Part shown: positions 1-10,783 of the stretch, piece after piece
How positions within the stretch are numbered: the first letter of the stretch is position 1
Layout: the number at the start of each line of letters is the position of its first letter
From: Tagaea sp.
GTDB lineage: Bacteria; Pseudomonadota; Alphaproteobacteria; CACIAM-22H2
Length of the DNA: 64,000 bases
Direction of reading: 5' to 3'
Assembly: GCA_965279525.1 (NCBI GenBank)
Contig: CBDIIB010000005.1
Location: 544,001 to 608,000, forward strand
Program-made: the position numbers and the translations under genes
The notes under the pieces: generated by a model
What the model saw: the letters and a program-made list of their open reading frames with translations, nothing else
What the model was told of the DNA's origin: nothing
Database searches by the model: none

Positions 1-1293
1 CGGGCGCACGCCCGACGCCTTCTCGACCGCGTCGGGGAACTTGGCCGGGTGCGCCGTGGACGCCACGACCATGGGCATGCCCTCGCGCTTTGCCTTGCGC
101 GCCACGTGCAGTGCCACGGCCGTATGCGTGTCGACCAGTTCGCCCGAGTGACGCCACGTGTCGCGGATCTCGCCAAGCGTGGCCGCATCGTCGCACACGC
201 CGGAATCGAACTCGGCGGCGAGGCCGGCATGCATGTTCTGCGGAAACTCGAGCCGGCCGGATTTGCGGAACCCGGCCATCATCGATGCGGTCGTGATCCC
301 GTCGCGGCCGGCAAGCTCGAACACCATGCGCTCGAAATTGGACGAGACCTGCACGTCCATCGACGGCGACACGGTCGGCGCCACGGTTTCCAGCGCCATG
401 TGGCCGCTGGCGATCGTGCGCGCCATGATGTCATTGCGGTTGGTCGCCACGACCAGCCGGTCGAGGGGAAGCCCCATGCGCTTGGCGGCATAGGCGGCGA
501 GCACGTTGCCGAAATTGCCCGTCGGCACGCAGAAGCTCACTTTCCGGTCGGGTGCCCCCAGCGACAGAGCCGCATGCGCGTAATAGGCGATCTGCGCGGC
601 GACGCGCGCCCAGTTGATCGAGTTGACCGCCGACAGGTTATGCGCGTCGCGGAACGCGAGATCGTTGAACATCGCCTTCACGGCGTCCTGGCAATCGTCG
701 AACGTGCCGTCGAGCGCCACGTTGTGGATGTTCGCGGCCAGCACCGTCGTCATCTGCCGGCGCTGCACGTCGGACACGCGGCCGTGGGGATGGAGCATCA
801 CGACATCGACCGCCGCCCGGTCGAGACACGCGGCGATGGCGGCCGAGCCGGTATCGCCCGACGTGGCGCCGATGACGGTCACGCGCGTGCCCCGCTTCGT
901 CAGCACGTGGTCGAACAGCCGGCCGACGAGCTGGAGGGCGAAATCCTTGAAGGCGAGCGTGGGGCCGTGGAACAGCTCCATCGTCCACAGACCGGGGCCA
1001 AGCTGCTTGAGCGGGGCGACGGCCGGATGGCCGAACGTGGCCTGGCTATAGGTCTCGCGGCAGATGCGCAGCAGGTCCGCGTCGGCGATCGTGCCGCCGA
1101 CGAACGGGCGCATCACGGCATAGGCGATGTCGGCATAGGGCCGGTCGCGCAGCGCACGCCATTCGGCGGGCGAGAATTGCGGCCAGTGCTCGGGCACATA
1201 GAGGCCGCCGTCGCGCGCGAGGCCGGCGAGCAGCACGTCGTCGAAGGCAAGGACCGGGGCCGTCCCGCGGGTCGAGATATAGCGCAACCGCAT
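1..1293 (-). CDS. thrC: Threonine synthase (3' end runs off window)
   Basis: Manual translation begins MRLRYISTRG and contains the PLP-lysine motif ELFHGPTLAFKD plus ATSGDTG, NSINWAR and PTGNFGN. An alternative TTG start at 1287 has AGGAG upstream. Confidence 0.93.
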   Translation of the reverse strand, partial: MRLRYISTRGTAPVLAFDDVLLAGLARDGGLYVPEHWPQFSPAEWRALRDRPYADIAYAVMRPFVGGTIADADLLRICRETYSQATFGHPAVAPLKQLGPGLWTMELFHGPTLAFKDFALQLVGRLFDHVLTKRGTRVTVIGATSGDTGSAAIAACLDRAAVDVVMLHPHGRVSDVQRRQMTTVLAANIHNVALDGTFDDCQDAVKAMFNDLAFRDAHNLSAVNSINWARVAAQIAYYAHAALSLGAPDRKVSFCVPTGNFGNVLAAYAAKRMGLPLDRLVVATNRNDIMARTIASGHMALETVAPTVSPSMDVQVSSNFERMVFELAGRDGITTASMMAGFRKSGRLEFPQNMHAGLAAEFDSGVCDDAATLGEIRDTWRHSGELVDTHTAVALHVARKAKREGMPMVVASTAHPAKFPDAVEKASGVRP

Positions 1294-1377
1294 CTCCTGG
1301 ATGTCCGTCGAGCGGCGGACGTTAGTGCGCCCGGACGGCTGGTGCAACGTCGCCGAAACACGTTTTACTTCAAAGAG

Positions 1378-2877
1378 CTAGGAGTCGAGATACCGCGCCT
1401 TCAGATGCGCCTTGAAGATCGCGGCGTCGAGCGGGCGGCCGGTAGCGCGCACCAGCATCTCGCGTGTCGAGACGAGCGAGCCCATCGAATGCACGTTCTT
1501 TCGCAGCCACGCCATCAGCGGCGCGAAGTCGCCGCGCGAGATCGCCGGCAGGATCGACGTGTCGGCGCGTTTCGCCGCGTCGAAGAGCTGGGCGGCCGTC
1601 ATGGCGCCCAGCGTATAGGTCGGGAAATAGCCCCACGAACCGCCGGGCCAGTGGATGTCCTGCAGGCAGCCGTCGCGGTCGTCGGGCGGAACGACGCCGA
1701 CAAGCGCGCGCATGCCCTCGTTCCACGCGGCCGGAAGGTCGGCAAGCTGCATGCGGTCTTCGATCAGCGCGCGTTCGAGCCGGTAGCGCAGGATCACGTG
1801 GGCGGGATACGTCACCTCGTCGGCATCCACGCGGATGAGGCCGCGCTTCACCCGGTGGTAGATGCGCCGGAAATTATCGCCGGTCCACGCCACGCCCGAC
1901 CGGCCGAACGCGGCGGCCGCCTTGGGGGCGAGGTACGACAGGAACTCCGGGCTGCGCGCGGCCTGCATCTCGACCAGCAGCGACTGGCTTTCGTGGGCAC
2001 TCATGCCGCGCGCGAAGCCGACCGGCTGGTGGCGCCAGTCCTTGGGCAGGCCGCGCTCGTACATCGCGTGGCCGGTCTCGTGCAGCACGCCCATCAGGCC
2101 CTTGGCGAAATCCCTCTCGTCCCAGCGCGTCGTGATGCGCACGTCGTCGGGCACGCCGCCGCAGAACGGATGGTGGCTCGTGTCGAGACGGCCATGGTCG
2201 AACTCGAAACCGACCGAGCCCATCAGTTCCTCGGCGAGCTTCTTCTGGGCGGCTGCCGGGAACGGGCCGTCGAGCGGCAGGGCGGCGGGCTGCTTGGCCT
2301 GGCGCTCCAGCACGTCGGCCGTGAAGCCGGGCAGGAAGGCGGCAAGGTCGGCGAAGATCGCGTCGATCTCGTCGGACGAGCCGCCCGGCTCGTACTCGTC
2401 GAGCAGCGCGTCGTATTTCGACCGTCCGAGTTTGGCGGCCTTGATGGCGGCCACTTCGCGCGTCAGGTCCAGCACCGTCTTCATCGACGGCAGCAGCCCG
2501 GCGAAGTCGTTGGCCTTGCGTGCGGCACGCCAGCGCATCTCGCACGCCGAAACCGCGCGCGAACGCGCCTCGACGAGGTCGGCGGGCAAGGCGGTCGCGT
2601 GCAGCCAATCGCGGCGCATCTCGCGCAGGTTGGCGGATTTCCATTCGTCGAGATCGCGTCCCTCGCCCGCCGCGGCGAACAGGTCGGCAAGGGCCGGATC
2701 GACCGCCTGCTCGTGGACGATCAGCTTCAGCGTGGCGAGCTGTTCGGCGCGCGCGTCGGCGCCGCCGTCGGGCATCATCGCGGCCCCGTCCCAGTCGAGC
2801 ATCGCGATGGCGTCGCGCACGAGGTTCATGCGCCTGAAACGGGCTTCGAGGGCGGGATAGGCAGTCGATGCGTTCAT
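1378..2877 (-). CDS. Carboxypeptidase Taq (M32 family)
   Basis: 499 aa with HPFC, DVRITTR, HETGH (HEXXH), HESQS, IRVDADE and GYFPTYTLG motifs. ATGA overlap with surf1. Confidence 0.93.
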   Translation of the reverse strand: MNASTAYPALEARFRRMNLVRDAIAMLDWDGAAMMPDGGADARAEQLATLKLIVHEQAVDPALADLFAAAGEGRDLDEWKSANLREMRRDWLHATALPADLVEARSRAVSACEMRWRAARKANDFAGLLPSMKTVLDLTREVAAIKAAKLGRSKYDALLDEYEPGGSSDEIDAIFADLAAFLPGFTADVLERQAKQPAALPLDGPFPAAAQKKLAEELMGSVGFEFDHGRLDTSHHPFCGGVPDDVRITTRWDERDFAKGLMGVLHETGHAMYERGLPKDWRHQPVGFARGMSAHESQSLLVEMQAARSPEFLSYLAPKAAAAFGRSGVAWTGDNFRRIYHRVKRGLIRVDADEVTYPAHVILRYRLERALIEDRMQLADLPAAWNEGMRALVGVVPPDDRDGCLQDIHWPGGSWGYFPTYTLGAMTAAQLFDAAKRADTSILPAISRGDFAPLMAWLRKNVHSMGSLVSTREMLVRATGRPLDAAIFKAHLKARYLDS

Positions 2878-3590
2878 GGCTTGCGTCTCTGCGAGATGAC
2901 GAAGATGACGGCGAGTGCGATCGCCAGCGCGAACCAGGTGAAGGCGTATTGCAGGTGCGGGCGCGGGAGCTGGGCCTGCGTCTGCCCGCCCAGCGGCCAG
3001 CCGCCCGGGTTGCGCGGCTCCAGGGCCGCCTCGACATAGACCAGCAGCGCTTCCGGCACGCCGGCGGCGGCGGCCATCGCCGGCAGGTCGAACCAGAACC
3101 AGCCGTTCTTGGCCGGCTCGTTGTCCGGCATCATCGGGCCCTTGCGCGGCTCGTCGCGCAGCACGCCTTCGATCGCGACGGGGCCGGCGACCTGGCCCTG
3201 CGGGCGTGTCGATGCCTCGCGTAGGTCCTTGCGCACCCAGCCGCGGTTGATGAGCACGGCGGGCTTTCCCTCGCGCAGCAGCGGGGTCAGCACATAGAAG
3301 CCCTCGTTGCCGTTGAGCGAACGCGCGTAGACGTGCAGTTCCTTGTCGTGCGCGAAGACGCCGCTCGCGCGCACGCGCCGGAAGCGGCGCAGTTCGGGAT
3401 CGGCCATCGCCGCGTCGATCTCGACCGGCGGGGCCGCGAGGCGCTCGGCGCGGATGTCGTTCTCGGCCGAGCGCTCGATGTGGCGGGCGACCTGCCAGCC
3501 CGACAGGGCGAACAGCATCAGCACGCCGGGCACGGCGATCAGCGTGGGCACCAGGCGCGGGGCGAAGCCGGGGATCAGGCGTTCAAGCAT
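2874..3590 (-). CDS. surf1: SURF1/Shy1 cytochrome oxidase assembly protein
   Basis: N-terminal TM-GWQ, LINRGWV and C-terminal HLQYAFTWF motifs; lies in the cox operon. Confidence 0.92.
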   Translation of the reverse strand: MLERLIPGFAPRLVPTLIAVPGVLMLFALSGWQVARHIERSAENDIRAERLAAPPVEIDAAMADPELRRFRRVRASGVFAHDKELHVYARSLNGNEGFYVLTPLLREGKPAVLINRGWVRKDLREASTRPQGQVAGPVAIEGVLRDEPRKGPMMPDNEPAKNGWFWFDLPAMAAAAGVPEALLVYVEAALEPRNPGGWPLGGQTQAQLPRPHLQYAFTWFALAIALAVIFVISQRRKP

Positions 3591-3972
3591 CGAACTCGTG
3601 GCGTCTGTGGCGGAACTGCATGGCGATCAATATGGCCTTGGCGACGCGCAGCATCCAGAGGCCGGCGAAAGAAATGAAGGGGACCCAAAGCAGCAGATGG
3701 ACCCACCAGGACGGATGGAACGACGCGTCCACCCACAGCGCCAGCGTGACGACGACGAAGCCGAGCACGAGGATGACAAGCACCGCAGGACCGTCGCCTT
3801 CCTCGTGGCGCTTGAGGTCGAGGCCACAGGACGCGCAGGTATCGGCGACCGAAAGCGAGAACGGGCCGCGATAGAGAGGTGCGCCCGCGCATTTCGGGCA
3901 CCGGCAGAGAAGACCCGCCGCCAGCGGGCTGGCGGCGGGTCGGGAGCGTGTCTCGGGTGCGGCGTCGGTCAG
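3583..3972 (-). CDS. DUF983 family membrane protein (CxxC...CxxC); start probably non-canonical CTG
   Basis: The frame upstream of the tracked GTG (3783) reads LTDAAP...SPLAAGLLCRCPKC...CASCGLDL...GDGPAV, the DUF983 N-terminus. There is no in-frame ATG/GTG/TTG before the upstream stop. Confidence 0.8.
   Translation of the reverse strand: MTDAAPETRSRPAASPLAAGLLCRCPKCAGAPLYRGPFSLSVADTCASCGLDLKRHEEGDGPAVLVILVLGFVVVTLALWVDASFHPSWWVHLLLWVPFISFAGLWMLRVAKAILIAMQFRHRRHEFDA
3912..3941 (-). terminator. Perfect GC-rich hairpin ~35 nt after the coxC stop, followed by TTCTCT (terminator or mRNA 3' stabiliser), inside DUF983 CDS
   Basis: GACCCGCCGCCAGC-N2-GCTGGCGGCGGGTC, a 14-bp perfect inverted repeat. 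Confidence 0.55.
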
Positions 3973-3976
3973 GCGA

Positions 3977-4858
3977 TCAGCTCGACCACGGGCCGTGACC
4001 CGGCAGGCTGACGGGGCCTTCGCCTGTCACGTAGATGACGGCGAACAGGAACAGCCACACCACGTCGACGAAGTGCCAGTACCACGCCGCCGCTTCGAAT
4101 CCGAAATGACGCTCCGGCGTGAAGTGGCCCTTGATCGCGCGCACGAGGCACACGATCAGGAAGATCGTGCCGACGAGCACGTGGAAGCCGTGGAAGCCCG
4201 TCGCCATGAAGAAGACCGACGAGTAGACGTTGTCCTTGAAGCCGAACGCGGCGTGCGCGTACTCGTAGGCTTGGCACGCGGTGAACGCGATGCCCAGCAG
4301 CACCGTCAGCACGAGACCCCACACGAGGCCCTGCTTGTTGCCCTCGACCAGCGAATGGTGCGCCCACGTGACCGTGGCGCCCGAGGTGAGCAGGATCAGC
4401 GTGTTGAGGAACGGCAGGTCCCACGGGTTGAACGTGACGACGTCCTTGGGCGGCCAGACCTGGCCGATCGTGTGCAGCTCGGGATAGAACGCGAAGTGGA
4501 AATAGGACCAGAAGAACGCAACGAAGAACATCACTTCGGACGCGATGAACAGCACCATCGCGTAGCGCAGCCCCAGGCGCACGGCGGCACTGTGCAGGCC
4601 CGGCGTGCGGGCTTCCTTCACGACCTGGCTCCACCAGCCGTACATCGTGAACAGCACGAGACCGAGGCCGAAGACGATCTTCCACACGCCCATCGACTGG
4701 AAGGTCTTGGCCATGCCGGTCCCGAACAGGTCGGGATGCATGAAGGTCAGCGCGGCGACGGCCAGCACGAAGGCGCTGATCGATCCGATGATCGGCCAGG
4801 GGCTCGGCTCCACCAGATGGTAGGGCGCTTTGGTCCCGTGCGCGGAGGTCTGGGCCAT
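3977..4858 (-). CDS. coxC: Cytochrome c oxidase subunit III
   Basis: [28 protein letters not shown] and [12 protein letters not shown] motifs. Confidence 0.97.
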   Translation of the reverse strand: MAQTSAHGTKAPYHLVEPSPWPIIGSISAFVLAVAALTFMHPDLFGTGMAKTFQSMGVWKIVFGLGLVLFTMYGWWSQVVKEARTPGLHSAAVRLGLRYAMVLFIASEVMFFVAFFWSYFHFAFYPELHTIGQVWPPKDVVTFNPWDLPFLNTLILLTSGATVTWAHHSLVEGNKQGLVWGLVLTVLLGIAFTACQAYEYAHAAFGFKDNVYSSVFFMATGFHGFHVLVGTIFLIVCLVRAIKGHFTPERHFGFEAAAWYWHFVDVVWLFLFAVIYVTGEGPVSLPGHGPWSS

Positions 4859-4869
4859 GGTTCGTATCC

Positions 4870-5448
4870 TCAGTTTTGCGTCGCCGGTACTTCGGCGGTC
4901 TTGGGCTGGTCGGCCGCCCGGTGGAAGCTATAGGACAGGGTGATGGTCGTCACGTCGCTCATGTGCGGGTCCTTCTCGATCGCGGGATCGACGAAGAACG
5001 AGACGGGCATGTCGAGGCTTTCGCCCGGTGCGAGCGTCTGCTCGGAGAAGCAGAAGCAGGCGACCTTCTGGAAATAGGGGGCGGCCTTCAGCGGCGTCAC
5101 GTTGAACGTGGCGGTCCCGGTCGTCGGCACGCGACCCGGATTGGAGGCCGTGTAGAAGATCAGGCTCTCTTCGCCCGTGCGCGCCTTGACCGGCGCCGGA
5201 CCCCTGAAGCGCCAACCCAGCGCGTCGGGCCCGCCCATCACGTTGGCGTCGAAGCGTACGGTGACGATGCGGCTGCCGGTCTGCGCGGGAAGCGCGTCGG
5301 CGATCATCGGCGTGCCGCCGAAGCCGGTGACCTGGCAGAAGAGCTTGTAGAGCGGCACCGACGCGTAGGCGAGTGCGAGCATGCCGATGCCCATGCCCGC
5401 GATGGCAAGGCCGGTCCGGCGGTTCGTGCGGGCGGGGCCTGTCATCAT
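4870..5448 (-). CDS. ctaG: Cytochrome c oxidase Cu-assembly protein Cox11/CtaG
   Basis: [18 protein letters not shown] and CFCF motifs. ATG at 5448 overlaps the stop of the upstream small ORF. Confidence 0.94.
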   Translation of the reverse strand: MMTGPARTNRRTGLAIAGMGIGMLALAYASVPLYKLFCQVTGFGGTPMIADALPAQTGSRIVTVRFDANVMGGPDALGWRFRGPAPVKARTGEESLIFYTASNPGRVPTTGTATFNVTPLKAAPYFQKVACFCFSEQTLAPGESLDMPVSFFVDPAIEKDPHMSDVTTITLSYSFHRAADQPKTAEVPATQN

Positions 5449-5564
5449 CACTTCACCATCTTGACGATGGTGATCGCGTAGAACAGCGCGCACAGCACCG
5501 CGACGGTGAGTGCGATCGCCAGGTTCTTGCCGCGGCGGTTCTTCATGGGATCGGGGGCCGCCAT
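5448..5564 (-). CDS. Small single-TM protein between ctaB and ctaG (CoxF-like, 38 aa)
   Basis: [38 protein letters not shown]; TGATG coupling at both ends; this position is typical in alphaproteobacterial cox operons. Confidence 0.8.
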   Translation of the reverse strand: MAAPDPMKNRRGKNLAIALTVAVLCALFYAITIVKMVK

Positions 5565-6526
5565 CACGCACCTGCCCCGGCCGGCACGCGGTCGAGGATC
5601 ATCAAGCCGAACAGCAGGAAGAGATAGACGATCGAATAGCCGAACAGCCGCTTGGCGGCCGTCTCGGGGAAGTCGGAACCTTCCGCGCCCGCACGCTTTC
5701 CGTCGCGCCACACGTCGATCGCACCGGCGACGAAAACGAGGCCCAGCGCCGCGGCGGCGACGGCATAGAGCGGGCCGACGAGCCCGCAGAAATAGGGCGC
5801 CACGCCCAGCGGGGCGAGCAGGACCGAATAGATCACGATCTGGCGACGCGTCTCGGGCTTGCCCGCGACGTTGGGCAGCATCGGCACGCCGGCCTTGCCG
5901 TAGTCGCGCATCGCGAACAGCGCCAGCGCCCAGAAATGCGGCGGCGTCCACATGAACACGATGGCGAACAGCACGATGGCGCCGAGACCCACGTCGCCCG
6001 TGGCGGCGGCCCAGCCGATCATCGGCGGGAAGGCGCCGGCAGCCCCGCCGATCACGATGTTCTGCGGCGTCGAACGCTTGAGCCAGGCCGTGTAGACGAA
6101 AACGTAGAAGGCGATCGATCCCGCGAGCAGCGCGCCCGCCACGATGTTGGTGGCGAGCGCCATCGTCACGACCGAGGCGACCGACAGCACGATGCCGAAG
6201 GCGAGCGCTTCGGCCGGCTCGATGCGGCCCGCCGGGATCGGACGTGCGCGCGTGCGCGACATCAGCGCGTCGATGTCGGCGTCGTACCACATGTTTATGG
6301 CGCCCGCCGCACCGGCCGCGACGGCGATGCACGCCACGGCGACCGCCGCGACGAACGGATGCAGCGTGGCGGGTGCGAGCATCAGCCCGACGAGCCCTGT
6401 GAACACCACGAGGCTCATCACGCGGGGTTTCAGCAGCTCCACGAAATCGGCGACCCCGCCCGCTTCGCCGTGCGCGCGGAGTTCGTCGATCGTCAGGCTC
6501 GCATGTGCGGAACCGTCGGCGGACAT
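5564..6526 (-). CDS. ctaB: Protoheme IX farnesyltransferase (heme o synthase)
   Basis: [30 protein letters not shown] and [10 protein letters not shown] motifs. Confidence 0.96.
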   Translation of the reverse strand: MSADGSAHASLTIDELRAHGEAGGVADFVELLKPRVMSLVVFTGLVGLMLAPATLHPFVAAVAVACIAVAAGAAGAINMWYDADIDALMSRTRARPIPAGRIEPAEALAFGIVLSVASVVTMALATNIVAGALLAGSIAFYVFVYTAWLKRSTPQNIVIGGAAGAFPPMIGWAAATGDVGLGAIVLFAIVFMWTPPHFWALALFAMRDYGKAGVPMLPNVAGKPETRRQIVIYSVLLAPLGVAPYFCGLVGPLYAVAAAALGLVFVAGAIDVWRDGKRAGAEGSDFPETAAKRLFGYSIVYLFLLFGLMILDRVPAGAGA

Positions 6527-6551
6527 ACCTGTCTTTTCCTAGGCCGGCGCC

Positions 6552-8171
6552 TCAGTGATGCGCCGGCGCCTTGATGTCGGGCAGCACTTCGAACGTGTGG
6601 TGCGGTGCCGGCGAAGGAACCGTCCATTCCAGCGTGTCGGCCGGCAGGCCCCACGGGTTGTCGGCGGTGACCTTCTTGCCGTTGTAGAACACCCAGATCG
6701 CCGCGCCGATGAAGGCGATCGACGAGGCGAACGAGAGGTACGAACCCCACGACGAGACCAGGTTCCAGCCCGCGAACGCGTCCGGATAGTCGGGAATGCG
6801 GCGCGGCATGCCGGCGAGACCCAGGAAGTGCTGCGGGAAGAAGGTCAGGTTGACGCCGATGAACGTCGCCCAGAAATGCAGCTTGCCCCAGCTCTCCGGG
6901 AACTCGCGGCCGGTCATCTTGGGCCACCAGTAGTAGAAGCCGCAGAAGATGCCGAAGACGGCGCCCAGCGACAGCACGTAGTGGAAATGCGCGACCACGT
7001 AGTAGGTGTTGTGGAGAGCGATATCCATGCCCGCGTTGGAGAGCACCACGCCCGTCACGCCGCCGACCGTGAACAGGAAGATGAAGCCCACGGCCCACAG
7101 CATGGGCACGCGGAACTCGATCGAGCCGCCCCACATCGTGGCGATCCACGAGAAGATCTTCACGCCCGTCGGTACCGCGATCACCATCGTCGCCGCGGTG
7201 AAGTAGATGCGCGTGTTGACGTTGAGGCCGACCGTATACATGTGGTGCGCCCACACGACGAAGCCCACGACGCCAATCGCCGTCATCGCATAGGCCATGC
7301 CGAGATAGCCGAAGATCGGCTTCCTGGAGAAGGTCGACACGACGTGGCTGATGATCCCGAACGCCGGCAGGATCATGATGTAGACCTCGGGGTGGCCGAA
7401 GAACCAGAACAGGTGCAAGAACAGCACCGGATCGCCGCCGCCGGCCGCCTCGAAGAAGTGCGTGCCGAAATTGCGGTCGGTCAGCAGCATCGTGATGGCG
7501 CCGGCGAGGACCGGCAGCGACAGCACGAGCAGGAACGCGGTGAGCAGCATCGCCCACAAGAACAGCGGCATGCGGTGCATCGTCATGCCGGGGGCGCGCA
7601 TGTTGAAGATCGTCGTGATGAAGTTGATGGCGCCCAGGATCGACGAGGCGCCCGCGAGATGCAGCGACAGGATCGCCATGTCCATCGCAGGGCCCGGGTG
7701 GTACTGCGCGGAAGACAGCGGCGGATAGATCGTCCAGCCCACGCCCGCACCGCCGCCCAGCACGGCCGAGCCGAGCAGCAGCAGGAAGGCCGGCGGCATC
7801 AGCCAGAAGCTGATGTTGTTCATGCGCGGGAACGCCATGTCGGGCGCGCCGCACATCATCGGGATGAACCAGTTGCCGAAACCGCCGATCAGGGCCGGCA
7901 TGACGACGAAGAACACCATGATCAGGCCGTGCGCGGTGACGACCATGTTCCACTGGTGTCCGTCGGTCATGTACTGCATGCCCGGGTGCGCCAGTTCCAT
8001 GCGCATCCACACCGAGAAGGCGCCGCCCAGGATCGCGGCCAGGACCGAGAACACGAGGTACATCGTTCCGATGTCCTTGTGGTTGGTCGAATAGGCCCAG
8101 CGACGCCAGCCATAGGGCGTGTGGTCGTGATGATCGTGGCTGTCGTGGGCGGCGTGCGTGTTGGCGCTCAT
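6552..8171 (-). CDS. coxA: Cytochrome c oxidase subunit I (aa3 type)
   Basis: [22 protein letters not shown] and VAHFHY motifs. Confidence 0.98.
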   Translation of the reverse strand: MSANTHAAHDSHDHHDHTPYGWRRWAYSTNHKDIGTMYLVFSVLAAILGGAFSVWMRMELAHPGMQYMTDGHQWNMVVTAHGLIMVFFVVMPALIGGFGNWFIPMMCGAPDMAFPRMNNISFWLMPPAFLLLLGSAVLGGGAGVGWTIYPPLSSAQYHPGPAMDMAILSLHLAGASSILGAINFITTIFNMRAPGMTMHRMPLFLWAMLLTAFLLVLSLPVLAGAITMLLTDRNFGTHFFEAAGGGDPVLFLHLFWFFGHPEVYIMILPAFGIISHVVSTFSRKPIFGYLGMAYAMTAIGVVGFVVWAHHMYTVGLNVNTRIYFTAATMVIAVPTGVKIFSWIATMWGGSIEFRVPMLWAVGFIFLFTVGGVTGVVLSNAGMDIALHNTYYVVAHFHYVLSLGAVFGIFCGFYYWWPKMTGREFPESWGKLHFWATFIGVNLTFFPQHFLGLAGMPRRIPDYPDAFAGWNLVSSWGSYLSFASSIAFIGAAIWVFYNGKKVTADNPWGLPADTLEWTVPSPAPHHTFEVLPDIKAPAHH

Positions 8172-8195
8172 GGGGAGCTTCCTTGGCGCGAGAGG

Positions 8196-9086
8196 TTACT
8201 TGGAGAGGTTGAGGGCGACGCGCGGTGCTTCGAGCGCCTGCAGTTCGGCCACCGACAGCGGCGCCTTGCCGCCGTCCGCGAAACGCTTCTTGGCTTCCGC
8301 CGTCCAGCGATCGAAGGTCGCCTTGTCGACCGCCTCGACGGCGATCGGCATGTAGGCGTGATTGACGCCGCAGATCTGGTTGCACTGGCCGTAGTACACG
8401 CCGGGCTTGTCGGCGCGGAACCACAAGTCGTTGATGCGGCCGGGCATCGCGTATTTCTGCACGCCCAGCGCCGGCACGAACCACGAGTGGATCACGTCGG
8501 AACCGGCGATCAGGACCTGCACGTTGGCGCCCACGGGCACCACGACGCGGTTGTCGACCTCGAGCAGGCGGATCTGCCCCGGCTTCAGGTCGGCGTCCGC
8601 GACCATGTAGCTGTCGAATTCGAACTCGCCGTGATCCGGGTACTGGTACTTCCAGTACCACTGGTGGCCGGTGACCTTGAGCGTGAAGTCCACCGCCGGC
8701 GGCTTGTCGGCCACGCGGATGAGGTCGATCGACGGGATCGCGATCAGCACGAGCAGCAGCACCGGCACGCCGGTCCACACGATCTCGAGCAGCGTGTTGT
8801 GCGTGGCGCGCGAGGGCGTGGGGTTGGCGGCGGCGCGGAAGCGCACGATCGTGTAGAGCAGCAGGGCCAGCACGAAAACCGTGATCAGCGTGATGATGAC
8901 CAGCAGGAGATCGTGGAACCAGCCGATATAGTCCTTCACCGGGCTTGCCGACGGCTGGAAGCCGAGTTGCCAGGGCGTGGGCTGGCTCGCCTGCGCCCCG
9001 ACGGCGCCGAGGACGAAGAAGGCGAGCGCTGCAAGGAACGTGGCTGCGAGCGCCGTGCGGTTGCGGACGGATACGGTCGTGAGCAT
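8196..9086 (-). CDS. coxB: Cytochrome c oxidase subunit II
   Basis: GHQWYW, DVIHSW and the CuA motif GQCNQICGVNHAYM. Confidence 0.97.
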   Translation of the reverse strand: MLTTVSVRNRTALAATFLAALAFFVLGAVGAQASQPTPWQLGFQPSASPVKDYIGWFHDLLLVIITLITVFVLALLLYTIVRFRAAANPTPSRATHNTLLEIVWTGVPVLLLVLIAIPSIDLIRVADKPPAVDFTLKVTGHQWYWKYQYPDHGEFEFDSYMVADADLKPGQIRLLEVDNRVVVPVGANVQVLIAGSDVIHSWFVPALGVQKYAMPGRINDLWFRADKPGVYYGQCNQICGVNHAYMPIAVEAVDKATFDRWTAEAKKRFADGGKAPLSVAELQALEAPRVALNLSK

Positions 9087-9284
9087 GTCCTGCCTATGGT
9101 TGGGTGTCTGCGCCGTCGCGAGGGCACGCGCAGACGCAAAAAGCGGGGGTTCCGGACGCCCTTAGAGTCGGGCTTGAGGGCAAGCTACACGAATGCCGGT
9201 ACCCGGCTCAACTTCCGCCGGAAGACATGCCGGCCGATGCGCGTCCGCGTCCCTCTGCGGGACGGGCAAATCCGGATCAACTTA

Positions 9285-9326
9285 TTGATAAACATGAATT
9301 AATACAGGCCTGCGTCGGTTTGCCGC
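9285..9326 (-). promoter_or_regulatory. Candidate FNR/FixK-like box and RegA/PrrA-like box upstream of coxB
   Basis: TTGAT-AAAC-ATGAA at 9285-9298 (1 mismatch to TTGAT-N4-ATCAA). GCGGC-N5-GACGC on the minus strand at 9312-9326. Confidence 0.45.
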
Positions 9327-9333
9327 AGCAATG

Positions 9334-10674
9334 TCAGGTGCGCGGCCGGCCGGCGCTGTCGCCCTTCGCGGCGGCGCGCTCGAGCGAACGGCGGAACCGG
9401 CGCAGCCCGTACCACACCAGTACCGCGACGATCGGGATCGCGAAGCCGGTCGCGATGTCCTTGTCGAAACGGAAGCCGGCGGCCTCGAGGGCCCGCATGG
9501 CGTAGGCGACGAGGCCGACCGTGTAATAGGTGATCGCGGCGACCGACAGGCCCTCGACCGTCTCCTGCAGGCGCAGCTGGAGCTGGGCACGCCGGTCCAT
9601 CGAGCCGAGCAGATCCTGGTTCTGTGCTTCGACCGCGATGTCCACACGCGTGCGCAGCAAGGCACCCGCGCGCGTCAGGCGCTGCGACATCTGGGCGAGC
9701 CGGTCGGCGGTCGCCTCGCAGGTACGCAAGGCCGGTGCAAACCGCCGGTCCATGAATTCGCGGTAGGTCTGCAGGCCCTCGATGCGTTCTTCGCGCAGTT
9801 CGCCGACACGCTTGGAGACGAGCTCGGCATAGGCGCGTGCGGCGCCGAACCGGTAGGCCGACGCCGCCGTCGCCCGTTCGATCAGTGCCGAAAGCTCGGT
9901 CAGCCGGTCGAGCAATGCCCGCTGTTCGCCAACACCGGCAGAGCGCGGCATGGCGTCCATGATGCCGAGCAGGTCGCCGTCGACGACGGTGATCTGCGGG
10001 CCGATCTCGCGCGCCACCGGCAGGGCCAGCATCGCCATGGTGCGGTAGGTCTCGATCTCGAGCAGGCGCTGGATCAGGCGGCCGCACTGGCGGTTGCCAA
10101 GGCCGCGGTCGTGCACGACCAGCCGGCCGAACCCGTCGGCGTGCAGGCGGAAGTCGGTCCACGCCACGGCATTGCCGCCGGCCATCGTGCTGCCGACCAG
10201 ATAGTCGGCATGCAGCCAGCCGCCCAGCTCGTCGATGTCGGGGGCGGCGCGCTCGCGCGCCAGCAGTGCCACGTGCACGGCGACGATCCGCTCGCCCGGG
10301 ATCGCGGCGACCCATTCGGCCGGGGCAAGGTCGATGGCGTTCTGCGCGAACGGCGTGCCGAAGACGCCGGCCTTCAGGAACGTCCAGGTGCAGAATTCGG
10401 TGTGCCGCTCCCACTTGACGCGGAAGCCGTCGAGCTCGGCGACGAAATGGTTGGCGCCGGGCGGCGGATGGCCGATGCCGTAGCGTTCGCACAGGGCCGT
10501 CAGGTGCGCGCGGTCGGCCGCCGCCCCCGATTCGCCCGACGTCATCGCGAGATGGCTTGCCCGTTCGGGTGCCGCCAGGCTCAGGAAGGGTCTTGCATGG
10601 ACCTCGTTGGCGAGTGCGACGCGCTGGGGATGTTCGCGGACCGTCCTGACTTGCTCGTTCGCCGTCGCCGCCAT
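9334..10674 (-). CDS. DUF3422 family membrane-anchored protein
   Basis: LANEVHARPF, WERHTEF, RLLEIETYR and LRLQETVEGLSVAAITYY motifs. Confidence 0.88.
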   Translation of the reverse strand: MAATANEQVRTVREHPQRVALANEVHARPFLSLAAPERASHLAMTSGESGAAADRAHLTALCERYGIGHPPPGANHFVAELDGFRVKWERHTEFCTWTFLKAGVFGTPFAQNAIDLAPAEWVAAIPGERIVAVHVALLARERAAPDIDELGGWLHADYLVGSTMAGGNAVAWTDFRLHADGFGRLVVHDRGLGNRQCGRLIQRLLEIETYRTMAMLALPVAREIGPQITVVDGDLLGIMDAMPRSAGVGEQRALLDRLTELSALIERATAASAYRFGAARAYAELVSKRVGELREERIEGLQTYREFMDRRFAPALRTCEATADRLAQMSQRLTRAGALLRTRVDIAVEAQNQDLLGSMDRRAQLQLRLQETVEGLSVAAITYYTVGLVAYAMRALEAAGFRFDKDIATGFAIPIVAVLVWYGLRRFRRSLERAAAKGDSAGRPRT

Positions 10675-10783
10675 GCTTCACCGTCCTCCCTGCCCCGACC
10701 TTAAGGGGTCCGGACGGCATTTGGAATTGGCGCCGCACCGTCCTATGTTCCCTGTCAGCCCTTTTCCGGAGTACCCCTATCCG

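Noticed and set aside
49-3039. 996-aa plus-strand ORF
   Set aside because: Antisense shadow of thrC and the M32 gene. Stop-poor reverse frames are expected at this GC content, and it has no protein motifs.
6555-9302. 915-aa plus-strand ORF over coxA/coxB
   Set aside because: Codon-register antisense shadow of highly biased genes.
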